From the NCBI GenBank assembly GCA_963842945.1, contig CAWJIM010000001.1, positions 128,001 through 192,000 on the forward strand: 64,000 nucleotides of DNA. The letters run 5' to 3'. Both the position numbers and the translations under genes were made by a program. The stretch is from an uncultured Gemmatimonadales bacterium (lineage in GTDB: Bacteria; Gemmatimonadota; Gemmatimonadetes; Gemmatimonadales; GWC2-71-9). The notes beneath the pieces were generated by a model that had not been told where the DNA came from, searched no databases, and saw nothing but the letters and a program-made list of their open reading frames with translations. Positions 25,359 to 36,388 of the stretch are shown here, one piece after another. Positions within the stretch are counted from its first letter, which is position 1. Every line of letters starts with the position of its first letter.

Positions 25359-26343
25359 TGCGGCTACCGGCTGCGGCTTCCGCCGGCGCCGGAGCCGCGG
25401 CGTCGGCGTCGTGCCCATGTGACCCCGGGCGGCGCGCCCGGGCCAGCGCTGCTCGATCGCCATCAGCACCGGCGAGGCGATATAGATCGACGAGAAGGTC
25501 CCGGTGAAGACGCCGAAGAACATCACCAGGGCGAACGGCCGGATCACCTCGCCCCCGAAGACCGCCAGGGCGAGGAGCGTGGCCAGCGTGGTGCCGTGGG
25601 TCAGGACGCTCCGGGGGAGAGTCTCGTTGATGGCGCGGTTCAGCACCGTCTCGAACCGGTCCTTCTTGTGCTTCTTCAAGTCTTCCCGGACCCGGTCGAA
25701 GATGATGATCGTGTCGTTCAGCGAGTAACCCACCATCGACAGCACCGCGGCCACGACGTGAGGCTCACCTCCAGCCGCATCACGCCGATGAAGGCGATGG
25801 TGGCCAGAATGTCGTGCGCGGTCGCGATCACCGCCGCCAGGCCGAAGCGCCACTCGAACCGGTACGCCAGATAGGCCAGCACCGCGAAGAAGGAGAGGAA
25901 GATCGCCAGGAAAGCCTTCTGCCGGAGCTCGCCGCCGACCTTGGGGCCGACCGCCTCGGTGCGGACGCACCGTGTAGCTGCCCTGCCCCAGCACCGCGTC
26001 GAGCGCGTGCGAGACCGCGGCCGCCGTGGCCTGGGTGTCGTTGGCGTCGGTGCCCGGCTTGGCGACCCGCGCGCGGATCACGTACTCGTTGGGCGCGCCG
26101 AAGCCCTGGATCTCGGCCCCGTGGATCCCCTGCTGGTCGAGGCCGCTCCGGAGCTGGGCCACGTCCACCGGCTTCTGGCTCCGGATCTGCACCAGCGTCC
26201 CGCCGGTGAACTCGATGCTGTAGTTGAGGCCGGCCAGCATCAGGAACAGCAGCCCCGGGAGCAGGATCGCCGCGGTCACGCCCGTAGGCGTAGCGCCGGA
26301 CCCCGATGAAGTCGTAGTTGGCGTTGGCGAAGAGTCGTGTCAT
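25350..26343 (-). CDS. secF: Protein translocase subunit SecF, frameshifted
   Basis: NYDFIG, LNYSIEFTGGT, GYSLNDTIIIFDRVRE, GTFSSIYIASP. Confidence 0.95.
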
Positions 26344-26344
26344 G

Positions 26345-28062
26345 TCAGATGCTCAGCGTGGACATGGCGGGCCGGCGGGCCAGCCAGATGAGGAACAGGG
26401 TGCGGGTGACGAAGATCGAGGTGATCATCGAGGCGACGATGCCCATGATCAGCGTGACCGCGAAGCCCTTCACCGGGCCGGTGCCGAACTGGAAGAGGAA
26501 CAGGGCGGTCAGCACCATGCAGACGTTGGAGTCCACGATGGCGTTCATCGCGTGGCGGAATCCCTCGTCCATCGCGAGGCGGACGGTCTTGCCGGCATCA
26601 GCTCCTCGCGGATTCGCTCGAAGATCAGCACGTTGTCGTCCACCGCGATGCCGATCGACAGGACGATGCCGGCGAGTCCCGGCAGCGTGAGCGTCGCCTC
26701 CACCATGGCCAACCCGCCCAGCGTGAACAGCAGGTAGAGCCCCAGCGCGATGACCGCGAGCACGCCGCTCAGCCGGTAGTACCCGATCATGATCAGGACC
26801 ACCAGCCCGGTGCCGACCAGGCCGGCGATGATCCCGTCGTGGATCGAGTCGCTCCCGAGGCTGGCGCCGACCTGGCGCTCTTCCACGATCTTGAGCGGAA
26901 TCGGCAGGGCGCCGGCCTTGAGCGTGAGGGCGAGGTCCTGCGCCTCCTGCAGCGTCCGGCCGCCCAGGGTGATCTGCCCGTTGCGCCCGATCCGGCTCTG
27001 AATCACCGGCGGGCGGCCCTGCACCCGGCCGTCGAGCACGATCGCCATGTAGTCGCCCACGTGCTTGCCGGTCTCCTCGCCGAACCGGCGGCCGCCGGCG
27101 CGATCGAGGGCGAAGGTGACGATCGGGCCGTTGGTGAGGGGGTCGAGCTGCGCCGCGGCGTCCTCGAGACTGCTGCCGGTGATGATCGGCCGGTCGTCCA
27201 GCACATAGAGGAAGCGCACCGACTCCACCCCGACGCTGGTGGGCTGCGAGCCCAGCGGAGCGCCACGCCGCGGGGAAGCTGCCGCGCGACCTGGGGCAGG
27301 TTGATCAGGCTGTCCACCCGGGGGAAGGCGGTCTCGGGCACCGTGAACTCACCGGGCGCGCCGCCCGCGGAGAGGGCTGGATCAGCCCGCTCAGCACCCG
27401 ACCGTCCCGGCGCCGGCGCGGTGTCGGCTTGGCCGCCGAGTCGGGCCGGCCCTTGGTCTTGGCCGCGGCGGCCTTCTTCCCGGTGTCGGCGGCCGTCCGC
27501 TTGGCGCTGTCGGCGGCGGCCTTCTTGGCCGTGTCGCCGCCCAGGAGCTGCTCCACCGCCGACGGCTTGCCGGCGGCGGTGTCGGTGCCCTTGACCCCCA
27601 TGCTCCTCAGGGTGCGGTCCATCGCGGGCAGCGCCTTGTCCAGCGCCTTGGTCTCGTCGGTGATGCGGAACTCGAGAAACGCGCTCCGCTGCACGATGGC
27701 CTTGGCCCGGGCGGGCTCGGTGATGCCGGCCAGCTCGACCACGATCCGGGAGTCGCCCACCTTCTGGATCAGCGGCTCGGTGACGCCGAATTCGTCGATG
27801 CGCTTCCGCAGCACGGTGAGCGCGAGGTCGAGGTCGCGCTTGGGATCGGCCGAGACCTGCTTCGATTGGTCGAGCTCGAGGGCGAGATGCATCCCACCCT
27901 GCAGGTCCAGCCCCAGCTTGAGCGGCACCTTGCGCTCGGTGGTCGGGCATCACGCCGCTGACGGGGTCGCGCTCCCGGACCGTGATCCGCCGGGGCACGA
28001 GGTAGAAGACGCTGAGGGCCACCAGGCCCACGATGATCAGGATGCGGGTGCGAATAGAACAT
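26345..28062 (-). CDS. secD: Protein translocase subunit SecD, frameshifted
   Basis: [69 protein letters not shown]. Confidence 0.95.
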
Positions 28063-28076
28063 GCTCGAATCGACGC

Positions 28077-29051
28077 TCAGGCGTGAGAGACGCGGCTGGG
28101 TCCGGCCGGGCGGCGGCCAGCACGGCCTGCGCCCGGGTACGATCGCGCTGCAGCTGCTCCTTCAGAGCCTCCACCGACGGGAAGCGCTCCACGTCGCGGA
28201 GCCGTTCCACCCACTCGAGGCGGACCCACTCGCCGTACAGGTCGCCCTCGAACTCGAACAGGTGTGCCTCCAGGGTGCGGCGGCCGTCGGCGAAGGTCGG
28301 CTTCGGCCCCTGGTTCATCATCCCTCCCGCCCGTCCGCCCCGCCACTCGACCCGCCACGGCGTAGACGCCGTCGGGAGGCAGCAGCTTCTGCGGCGGCAC
28401 GTCGGCGAGATTGATCGTCGGGATCCCGAGAGTCCGGCCGCGCGCTCGCCCTCGCCACCGGCCCCACGACGCCGTACGGCCGGCCCAGCATAGCGCGCCG
28501 GCCGTGGAGAGGTCGCCGCCGGCCACCGCCCGGCGGATCCGCGAGCTGGAGACGTGCTGCCCGCGCATAGTCCACCGCCGGCACGACGTCCACCTCGAAC
28601 CCGTGGGACCGCTCCCCAACTGCCGCAGGGTCTCGACGTCGCCGCTCCGTCCCCGGCCGAAGCCATGGTCGTGCCCGATCACGAGCTCCCGCACGGCCGC
28701 CGCCGAGCAGGACCTCGCGGACGAAATCCTCCGGACTCAGGCCCGCCAGCTGCCGGTCGAACCGGAGGAAGTAGCGCGTAGTCCAGCGGCGACTGGGCCA
28801 GGATCTCGCGCCGCTCCGGGCCCGTCGTCAGGAGCGGCGGCGCCGCCCGGGGATTGACCACCTCGAGCGGATGGGGCTCGAAGGTCACCAGCACGCTGGC
28901 CCGTCCCGCGCGCGGGCCCGCCGTCCGATCTCCCGCAGCACCGCCTGGTGGCCCAGGTGCACCCCGTCGAACGAGCCCACGGTCACGGTGGTCCCGTTGG
29001 GGAAGGGCGGAAGCGGGGAGGCGGGGGGAAGCGAGAGGTTCGAGGGGTCAC
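28077..29051 (-). CDS. ribF: Riboflavin kinase / FAD synthetase, frameshifted
   Basis: GSFDGVHLGHQ, TFEPHP, GHDHGFG, SSSRIR, GRTLGIPTIN, EAHLFEFEGDLYG; ends approximate. Confidence 0.9.
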
Positions 29052-29178
29052 CCGGTCTCCAGCACAACCGTCGGCCTGAGCCTGCCGTCTTCGGCCCTGG
29101 CCACACCCACGGACTCACCGCTGTGCAGCAACGCCACTGCTTCCCCGCTTCCCCGCTCTCCTACTTCCCCGCTGTCCC
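29003..29178. repeat. Inverted octamer arrays inside truB 3' end and ribF 5' end
   Basis: gcttcccc-gcttcccc-gctctcct-acttcccc-gctgtccc (29139-29178) and complementary gaagcggg-gaggcggg-like units (29003-29038). Confidence 0.7.
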
Positions 29179-29915
29179 TCACCGCCCGTCCATGAGCCAC
29201 CGCTTTGCGCGCGGTCTCGTCCAGATCTACGCTGGGCAGATCCCGAAGCACCGATTGCGGGCTGAGCAGCGCAGCCGGGCCGAGCTGTTCCAGCGGCACC
29301 GCGTCTTCGACCACAAGGGAGCCGATGGCCTCGCGCCGGAGTGCAGTCAGGTGGGCGCCGACCCCAAGCTGATTCCCCAGATCGCGGGCGAGGGCGCGAA
29401 CATATGTGCCGGGGACTGACGACGGCGCGGAAGCACAGATCGGGTGGACGATAGTCCACCAGCTCGATGTCATGTACCGTGACCGGGACTTCCGCCAGCT
29501 CCATCAGCTCACCGCGCCGGGCCTTCCGGTAGCTCCGCTCCCCGGCGACCCGCTTGGCCGAGAAGGCGGGAGGACGCTGGGGGTGCTGCCCGAGGAACGT
29601 CGCCAGCTCTTCTCGCAGCCGCACCTCAGGAACCGATTCTGGGTTGGGGAAGCGGGCCATGACACTGCCCGTGAGATCATCGGTCGTGGTCTGCGTTCCG
29701 AGACGCGCAGTGGCCAGGTACCGCTTAGGCTGGCCCTCCACGAACCGGGCCAGACGGGTGGCACGTCCGACGAGCACCACGAGAAGACCACTGGCGAACG
29801 GATCGAGGGTACCGGTGTGGCCTGCCGCTCGGGTCTTCAGCACTCGCCGCACCCGATGCACCACGTCGTGGGAGGTCGGCCCGACCGGTTTGTCCACCAG
29901 AACCGCTCCGATCAG
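29048..29915 (-). CDS. truB: tRNA pseudouridine(55) synthase, frameshifted; probable CTG start
   Basis: IGAVLVDKPVGPTSHD, GHTGTLDPFASG, PPAFSA, GTYVRALARDLG. Confidence 0.92.
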
Positions 29916-30271
29916 TCCGGATCCTCCTGCCGAATCGTGTTCAACAGCTCGTTGATCCGGGCGGCGTGCTCCAGACCGCGGTCGAGCTCGAAGTGCAGCT
30001 CGGGTACCGTACGCGTCGTCAGTGCACGGGCCGCCCGTGATCTGAGGAAGCCGGCGGCGCTCTGCAATCCTTCGAGCGCCCGCGCCTTTTCGGTCTCCTC
30101 ACCGGGTACGCTGACCATGACCCGGGCGTGGGACAGATCATTGGTCACCAACACGCCGGTGATGGTGACGAAGCCGACCCGGGGATCCCGGACTTCGCGG
30201 GTCAACCCGTCGGTGATCACCTGTCTCAGCGTTTCGGCCATCTGCTCCGGCCGACGGGACGAGCCCTTCAT
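29912..30271 (-). CDS. rbfA: Ribosome-binding factor A
   Basis: VRDPRVGFVTITGV, DLSHARV, AAGFLR, PELHFELD. Confidence 0.95.
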   Translation of the reverse strand: MKGSSRRPEQMAETLRQVITDGLTREVRDPRVGFVTITGVLVTNDLSHARVMVSVPGEETEKARALEGLQSAAGFLRSRAARALTTRTVPELHFELDRGLEHAARINELLNTIRQEDPD

Positions 30272-30549
30272 CGGTACACCGTCACGGTATCGACAATGCG
30301 CACGCCATCGGCTTCCTCCACCATCCGATCGGCCGCGCGCAAGGTCTCGTCCACGACTGTCCGGGCACTTCCGACGGCGGCACAGGCGATTTCCGCCCGC
30401 TGCCACAGATCCTGGTGTCCGGTTTCCGCCACCGACAGGTTGAGACTCCGGCGGAGACCGGCAGTCAGCGGCTTCAGCACCCCCCGCTTCTCCTTCAGGG
30501 AATGGCAGGCGGGTAGGTGAAGCTCCCAGGTGGTAATGGCGACAATCAG
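30268..30549 (-). CDS. ylxP: DUF503 (YlxP) family protein; probable CTG start
   Basis: [43 protein letters not shown]. Confidence 0.85.
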   Translation of the reverse strand: MIVAITTWELHLPACHSLKEKRGVLKPLTAGLRRSLNLSVAETGHQDLWQRAEIACAAVGSARTVVDETLRAADRMVEEADGVRIVDTVTVYR

Positions 30550-33265
30550 CTCCGAGCTCCTAGCTCACCCGCAGCCGGTTGCAGCGTCCGCTTGATCTCT
30601 TCCATCCGGAACGACTCGATCCGGTCGCCCACTTTGAGATCGTTGAAGTTCTCGATCCCGATACCGCACTCGAGACCTTCCCGGACCTCTCGCACATCGT
30701 CCTTGAAGCGTTTGAGGCTGGAGAGCGAGCCGGTATACACCGTGGTGCCGTCGCGGGTAATCCGGGCCTTGGCGGTCCGTTGAATGGTTCCGCTGCGCAC
30801 AATGCACCCGGCGATGGTGCCGACCTTGCTCACCTTGAAGAGCTGGAGCACCTCGGCCTCCCCCAGCACGGTTTCCCGCTCCTCCGGCTTGAGCAGGCCT
30901 TCGAGCGCGTTCCGAACATCCTCGACCGCTTCGTAGATGATGCGATAGGTGCGCACGTCTACCTGCTCCCGTTCGGCTGCAGTCCGGGCGTTGCTGTCGG
31001 GTCGCACGTGGAAGCCCAGGACGATCGCCCCTGAGGCCTTGGCCAGCAGAATATCGCTTTCGGTGATGGCCCCCACGCCCCGGTGCACCACGTCCACCCG
31101 CACCTCGCTGGTGCTCAGTTGGGCCAGCGCGTCGGCCAGAGCTTCGGCCGGCCCACCTTGGTCCGCCTTGATGATGATCCGGAGAGTGGAGACTTCGCCT
31201 TCCTTGAGGGCGCGGCTGAAGTCTTCCAGGGACGTCCCCTTGGCGCTCCTGCGGTTCTGGGCTTCTCGCTCCAGCCGCTGGCGCTTCTGGGCGATGTCGC
31301 GCGCCTCGTTGGCGTCGGTGACCACGGCGAAGATGTCTCCAGCCGCCGGCACCCCCTCGAACCCGAGAATCTGAACCGGTATGGAGGGTCCGGCAGCCTT
31401 CACCGCTTTCCCCCGTTCGTCGTACAGTGCGCGAATGCGGCCGGAGAACTTGCCGCAGATGAAGTTGTCACCGCCGCCAGAGTGCCTCGCTGAATCAGTA
31501 TGGTCGCCAGCGGACCCTTCCCGGGATCCAGGGTAGCCTCGAGCACGACACCGTGTCCCTTGCCGCTCGGATTGGCCTTGAGGTCCAGGATCTCGGCCTG
31601 AAGCAGGATCTGCTCCAGGAGATGGTCGATCCCTGTGCCCTTCTTGGCCGAGATTTCGGCGGAGAGCACGGTGCCGCCGTACTCCTCGAGCACCACGTTG
31701 TGCTGCAGCAGGTCCTGTTTGACTTTGGGCACATTGGCCGTGGGGAGATCGACCTTATTGATGGCTACGATCATCGGCACGCCGGCGTTGCGCGCGTGGC
31801 TGATGGCCTCGACGGTCTGCGGCATGACCTGGTCGTCGGCCGCAACCACCAGTACCACGATGTCCGTGACCTGAGCCCCGCGGGCTCGCATGGCGGTGAA
31901 GGCCTGGTGACCAGGCGTATCCAGGAAGGTGATCCTCTTGTCGCCGGGCAGCTCGACGTGGTAGGCGCCGATGTGCTGGGTAATGCCGCCCGCCTCGCCG
32001 GCCACGATATTTGCTTTGCGGATGTAATCCAGCAGTGAGGTCTTGCCGTGGTCGACGTGTCCCATGATGGTGACGACCGGTGGCCGCGGCTCCAGCTGTT
32101 CCGGACTCTCCTCAGCCGCTGCGGTCTCGGCCTCGGCGGCATATTCGTCCTCCCGGACTGCCTGGAACCCGAAGGCCGATGCAATCAGCTCGATCTGATC
32201 GAAGTCGAGACGCTGGTTCACCGTCACCATGAGTCCCAGTTCCTTGAAGGCAAACTGGACGATCTGGGTTGCCGGCACCTTCATGGCGGTAGCCAGCTCG
32301 GAGACGGAGATGAATTCGTTGACCCGGATGAGCGTCTTCTCCCGCTCCTTCTCCTCGGCCAGGCGTCCGGCCTGCACCTCACGGAACGAGGGCTCGTCCG
32401 GCCGGCGCCCCTTGCGCCCTGCCGGTCCCTTCATGCCCTGCAGCGTGCGCAGGATATTAGCGTGCACCGCTTCCTGATCCACCGAGGAGCGCTTGCCCTT
32501 CTTCCCCTTCTTCCTGCCGCCGCCCTTTTCCGCGTCGGGCCCGAAGGCGCGTTGCGGCGCGGGGCCGATCGCTGCCCGGACGTCCCGGCGAGACCGGGCC
32601 GAGAAGGTCCGCCGGGCCGGGAGGAAGACGGTGGCGCACTACTGCTGAACACCGGCTTCGGCCCACGTGTTGTTGAGCGGCGGGTCGCTGCACTCGAGGC
32701 GGAATGAACGGAGCCCGAGTAGGCGTAGGTGCCGGAGTTGAGGCCGGACGGAATGCCGCGGCATCGGGGATCCGCCGTTCGACGGGTTCCTCCTCGGTGG
32801 CGACCTCGCCCTCGTCCGCCTCGGGGGGAGCGGGCGGAAGATCCTTAAAGAGGGCGCGGGCGCGTTCCTCGAGGGTTTGCGCCGGGCTGGTATCTTCCAC
32901 CTCGTGGATAACCGGGCGCTCCAGCTCGAGGGCCGCAAGCTCGGCTGCCTTCTCCGCCTGCTCCTGGGCCTCTACCTGAGCCACTTCGGCCGCCGTGCGA
33001 CGGCGTTTCGTGGGTTTGGCTTCAGCCGCAACCGGCGCGGGCTCCCCGCCTTGGCCGCCTTGCGCCGCCCCTTCTTCGCGGCGGGCTCTTCTGCGCTGCG
33101 GCGCTTCTCGCGCTCCCAGCGCACCCGCACGGCCGACACCTGGTCGCTTTCCAGGGCGGACATGTGGCTTCGCACGAAGATGTTCATGTCCTTGAGCATG
33201 TTGAGGAGCTGCTCAGGAGCGACGCCGAACTCCGCTGCCAGATCGTGGACTCTCGTTTTAACCAC
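30546..33265 (-). CDS. infB: Translation initiation factor IF-2, frameshifted
   Basis: [58 protein letters not shown]. Confidence 0.97.
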
Positions 33266-33276
33266 TCATGCCTCCA

Positions 33277-33582
33277 TCAGGAGCGGACGGCTGCCAGCTG
33301 CACAATGCCACTGGCCAATGCGCGATCCCGTACGCCTACCGCCATGACCGGCGGCTTCCCCAATTGCGCGCCGATCGCTGCGGCACGCGGTCCCGGCATC
33401 AGCTGCACCCCCTTGGCACGCGCCAGCCGGACCACTTTGTCGACCGCGCGTGGACTGGCGTCTTCCGCCACGACCACGCACCAGCACTTTCCTGCCTGCA
33501 ATTCCCTGCGAACCGCGTCCACCCCGACCACGACCCGTCCTCCGCGATAGCCCAGCCCGAGGAGGCCCAACAGCCCGCTCAT
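33277..33582 (-). CDS. L7Ae/L30e-family RNA-binding protein (YlxQ-like)
   Basis: LGLLGL..RGGRVVVG, VVVAEDAS, IGAQLGK; between nusA and infB. Confidence 0.88.
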   Translation of the reverse strand: MSGLLGLLGLGYRGGRVVVGVDAVRRELQAGKCWCVVVAEDASPRAVDKVVRLARAKGVQLMPGPRAAAIGAQLGKPPVMAVGVRDRALASGIVQLAAVRS

Positions 33583-34901
33583 GCCTTGGGCCGGGTTTCC
33601 TCTCCGCTGTCCTCATCGGTGAGCTCGGACACAAACGCCATGAGCTGGTCCGAAGTTTCCGCCGTCATACCCGGAATCTTCGCGATGTCCTCCCGCTCCA
33701 GGTCGAGAATGTCGTTGAGGGTCTTGTAACCGGCGCTCTCCAGGATCCCGGTCAGCTCGGGAGAGAGACCTTTGAGCTCGCTGAGCGGCACCTTGCCCGC
33801 CATTTCCTCTTCCGGAGGCAAGGGAGCGAACAGCGGGCCTTCGCCTCCCCGCTCGAACCATTCGCGACTGGAGTACAGATCGATCTTCCAGCCGGTGAGC
33901 TCCGAAGCCAGCCGAACGTTCTGGCCGTTACGTCCGATGGCCAGCGAAAGCTGGTCTTCATCCACCACCGCTTGGATCGTCTTGGCCTCGGGATCGGAGA
34001 ACACTTTGGCGACTCTGGCGGGGGCCAGCGCCAGGCGGGCGAACCGCTCGGGGTCGGGAGACCAGGGAACGATATCGATCCGCTCGCCGCCGAGCTCATT
34101 GACGACGGCCTGAACCCGGGAGCCCTTCAAGCCGACACAAGCGCCCACCGGATCGATGGCGTCGTCGCGGGAAATAACCGCCACCTTGGTGCGGCTTCCG
34201 ACCTCCCGTGCGATAGCGCGAATCTCGACGACCTGCTGCTGGATCTCGGGCACTTCAAGCTTGAACAGAGCCTTCACGAACAGAGGGTCGCCCCGGGAGA
34301 GGATGAGCCGCGGGCCCTTGGGCGTCTCTTCCAGACGCTTGAGCACGGCGCGGATGGTGTCGCCCTGATGGAAGTGCTCCCGGTGATTCTGCTCCCGGTA
34401 GGGCACGATGGCTTCGGCCTCGCGGAATTTGTTCAGCATGATGACGAGCTTGCCGCGCTCGATCTGCTGGACTTCTCCCGATAGAAGCTCGCCCACCTTC
34501 GAGGTGAACTCCTCCCGGATCCGGGCCCGCTCGCCTTCTCGCACCCGCTGGATGATGCGCTGTTTGGCCGCCTGAACCGCCAGCCGGCCAAAGTCGACAA
34601 ACGGAACTTCTTCCTCGAGCATGTCGCCCACCTGGAAGTCGGGATCTTCGTACTGCGCCTCTTCCAGGGTGATCTGCGCGCTGGGATCTTCCACCGTCTC
34701 CACCACCTGGCGGAGACGCACCACCTTGATGGTGCCCTGCAGCTCATCGACGCTGAGCTCGAAGCGGACGTTGGGGCCGAATTTGCGTACTAAGGCGGCG
34801 TGAATGCCGTCGCGCAGCAGCTCCAGCAGATCGGAACGCTCGAGTTGTTTTGTCGTGGTCAGCTCGCGAAACGCGGCCAACATTTCAGTCGAACCTGCCA
34901 T
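33579..34901 (-). CDS. nusA: Transcription factor NusA
   Basis: FGRLAVQAAKQ, LEVPEI, AREVGSRTKVAV, DPVGACVG, LSLAIGRNGQNVRLAS. Confidence 0.97.
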   Translation of the reverse strand: MAGSTEMLAAFRELTTTKQLERSDLLELLRDGIHAALVRKFGPNVRFELSVDELQGTIKVVRLRQVVETVEDPSAQITLEEAQYEDPDFQVGDMLEEEVPFVDFGRLAVQAAKQRIIQRVREGERARIREEFTSKVGELLSGEVQQIERGKLVIMLNKFREAEAIVPYREQNHREHFHQGDTIRAVLKRLEETPKGPRLILSRGDPLFVKALFKLEVPEIQQQVVEIRAIAREVGSRTKVAVISRDDAIDPVGACVGLKGSRVQAVVNELGGERIDIVPWSPDPERFARLALAPARVAKVFSDPEAKTIQAVVDEDQLSLAIGRNGQNVRLASELTGWKIDLYSSREWFERGGEGPLFAPLPPEEEMAGKVPLSELKGLSPELTGILESAGYKTLNDILDLEREDIAKIPGMTAETSDQLMAFVSELTDEDSGEETRPKA

Positions 34902-34959
34902 CCATTCACTCCATAGTGGGCGCGTCCGGCGCCCTGCAGTGTGTGGGACGCTGTGCGTC

Positions 34960-35446
34960 CTATCGCCCTCGCCTGCCGAAGGCCTCCACATCAGGTATCA
35001 AGGTGGCCTCCCGAATCTCCTCCAGCGGGAGCGAGATCTCGGATCCATCCTCTCGCCGCACGATCACCCGCTCGTCATCCGGTACCGCCAGGATTTCCAC
35101 CCGTTGCCGGCCAGTTTAGCCCTTCGGCCCGTACCCGAGCCTGACGGCCGATAAATCGGCGCCAATGCTCCGGCCAGCGGAGAGGCCGATCCAATCCCGG
35201 GGACGATACTTCCAGCACGTATCGCGGCCCGACCATAGCCCTGGATTCGAGGAAGCGTTCGAGTGACCGGCTGATTCCGGCGCAGTCGTCGGCCGTAATT
35301 CCCTGGCCAGGTCGACTGTCGGGGCGGTCCACCCGTACCTGCAAGACGGGGCGCTGCAGGGTTCCGGTCCGCCGGAGATCGACGAGCTCAAACCCGAGCC
35401 CGGCAATGTGATCGCGTATGGGAACCAACAGCGCGTCGGCAGACAT
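34960..35446 (-). CDS. rimP: Ribosome maturation factor RimP, frameshifted
   Basis: GFELVD, GITADDCAGISR, YVLEVSSPGLDRPL. Confidence 0.92.
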
Positions 35447-35458
35447 CGGCGGAGAAGG

Positions 35459-35487
35459 AAAAAAAATGTGGGGGAACTCCCCCACAT
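35459..35487 (-). terminator. Terminator-like hairpin in rimP leader
   Basis: ATGTGGGGG-agtt-CCCCCACAT followed by a T-run, about 13 nt before rimP ATG. Confidence 0.75.
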
Positions 35488-35528
35488 CGACAGTCGGCCT
35501 GAACAAGCGCCTCCCGGGACAGCGGTAA

Positions 35529-35557
35529 ATATTACTCGCGGTGTGGGTTGGAGGCAA
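35529..35557 (-). promoter_or_regulatory. Putative sigma70 promoter of rimP operon
   Basis: TTGCCT-17 nt-TAATAT. Confidence 0.55.
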
Positions 35558-36388
35558 GCGGAGAGATCAGCCCGAGGTAAGCCACCATTCTGCCGTCCTG
35601 GCCCCGGGAGGCCCGATGGCTGTAGAAGGCGCTTCGGTCGTGGGCCGAGCACCACCCGGATCGGCTTACTTCAGTCAGACCAAGGCGGCGAGCCTGGGCG
35701 ATCAGAACATCGCGAAGGTCGAGGTGCCAGGGGCCGCTGCCTTCCGCCGCCATGCCGCACCCGGCCATGACTTCAGATCCAACCTCATAACAGTCCCCGC
35801 AAATCCCCACACCACAGTGGATTGCAACATCGCCTTCCGTAGCCCCTGAGGCGGCGAGCAGGGCCTGCACTCCGTGCTCCAGAATGCCACCGGCTGTCCC
35901 CCGCCATCCGGCATGCAGCAGGGCAACGGCGCGATTGGGCACCACGAGTACACCGGCACACAGTCGGCGACGGTGATGGTCAGCATGACTCCGGGCAACG
36001 TGCTCACCCAGCCATCCACGCCCTGGATCTGAATCCAGCCCTCAGCGGGTCCGACTTCGCGGACCTCGACCCCGTGCACCTGGTTACCGAGCATGATGGC
36101 GCTGAATCCCGGCATCGCTCTGCGGAAGGCGAGCCACCGATTCATCACCTCGCCGACCGGCTCACGGCTCCACAACCCCAGATCGAATCCCCGGCCGGAT
36201 TCGTTTCCCCGAGCAGTGATCCCAGCCGCCACGCCATAGCGCTGCTGCCAGCCTGGTATCTCATATCGGGGGACCGGTCCCGGAATCGAGACCTCAGCGA
36301 GAATACCTGGTGGGTTTTGGACTTGGTGCGATTCAGTTGAAGACCTGTCCCGCTGCCCCGCTGCCCCGCTGCCCCGCCTCCTACCCAT
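35532..36388 (-). CDS. pgeF: PgeF/YfiH (purine nucleoside phosphorylase / laccase-domain) protein, frameshifted
   Basis: QVHG, TVADCVPV, HAGWRG, GDCYEVG, FYSHR..GRM; start uncertain. Confidence 0.88.
36344..36380. repeat. Octamer tandem array (GCTGCCCC)x3 at murA/pgeF junction
   Basis: cctgtccc-gctgcccc-gctgcccc-gctgcccc directly after murA stop. Confidence 0.85.

Noticed and set aside
27420..27600. Ala/Lys/Asp-rich quasi-repeat in secD
   Set aside because: Low-complexity periplasmic linker, not a DNA repeat array
19000..29000. Selenoprotein (in-frame UGA) near selC
   Set aside because: No UGA at a conserved Cys position was found in the neighbouring genes
10549..36388. Mass pseudogenisation or programmed frameshifting
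   Set aside because: Affects essential genes (infB, murI, ribF) with otherwise intact motifs; pattern fits read indel errors
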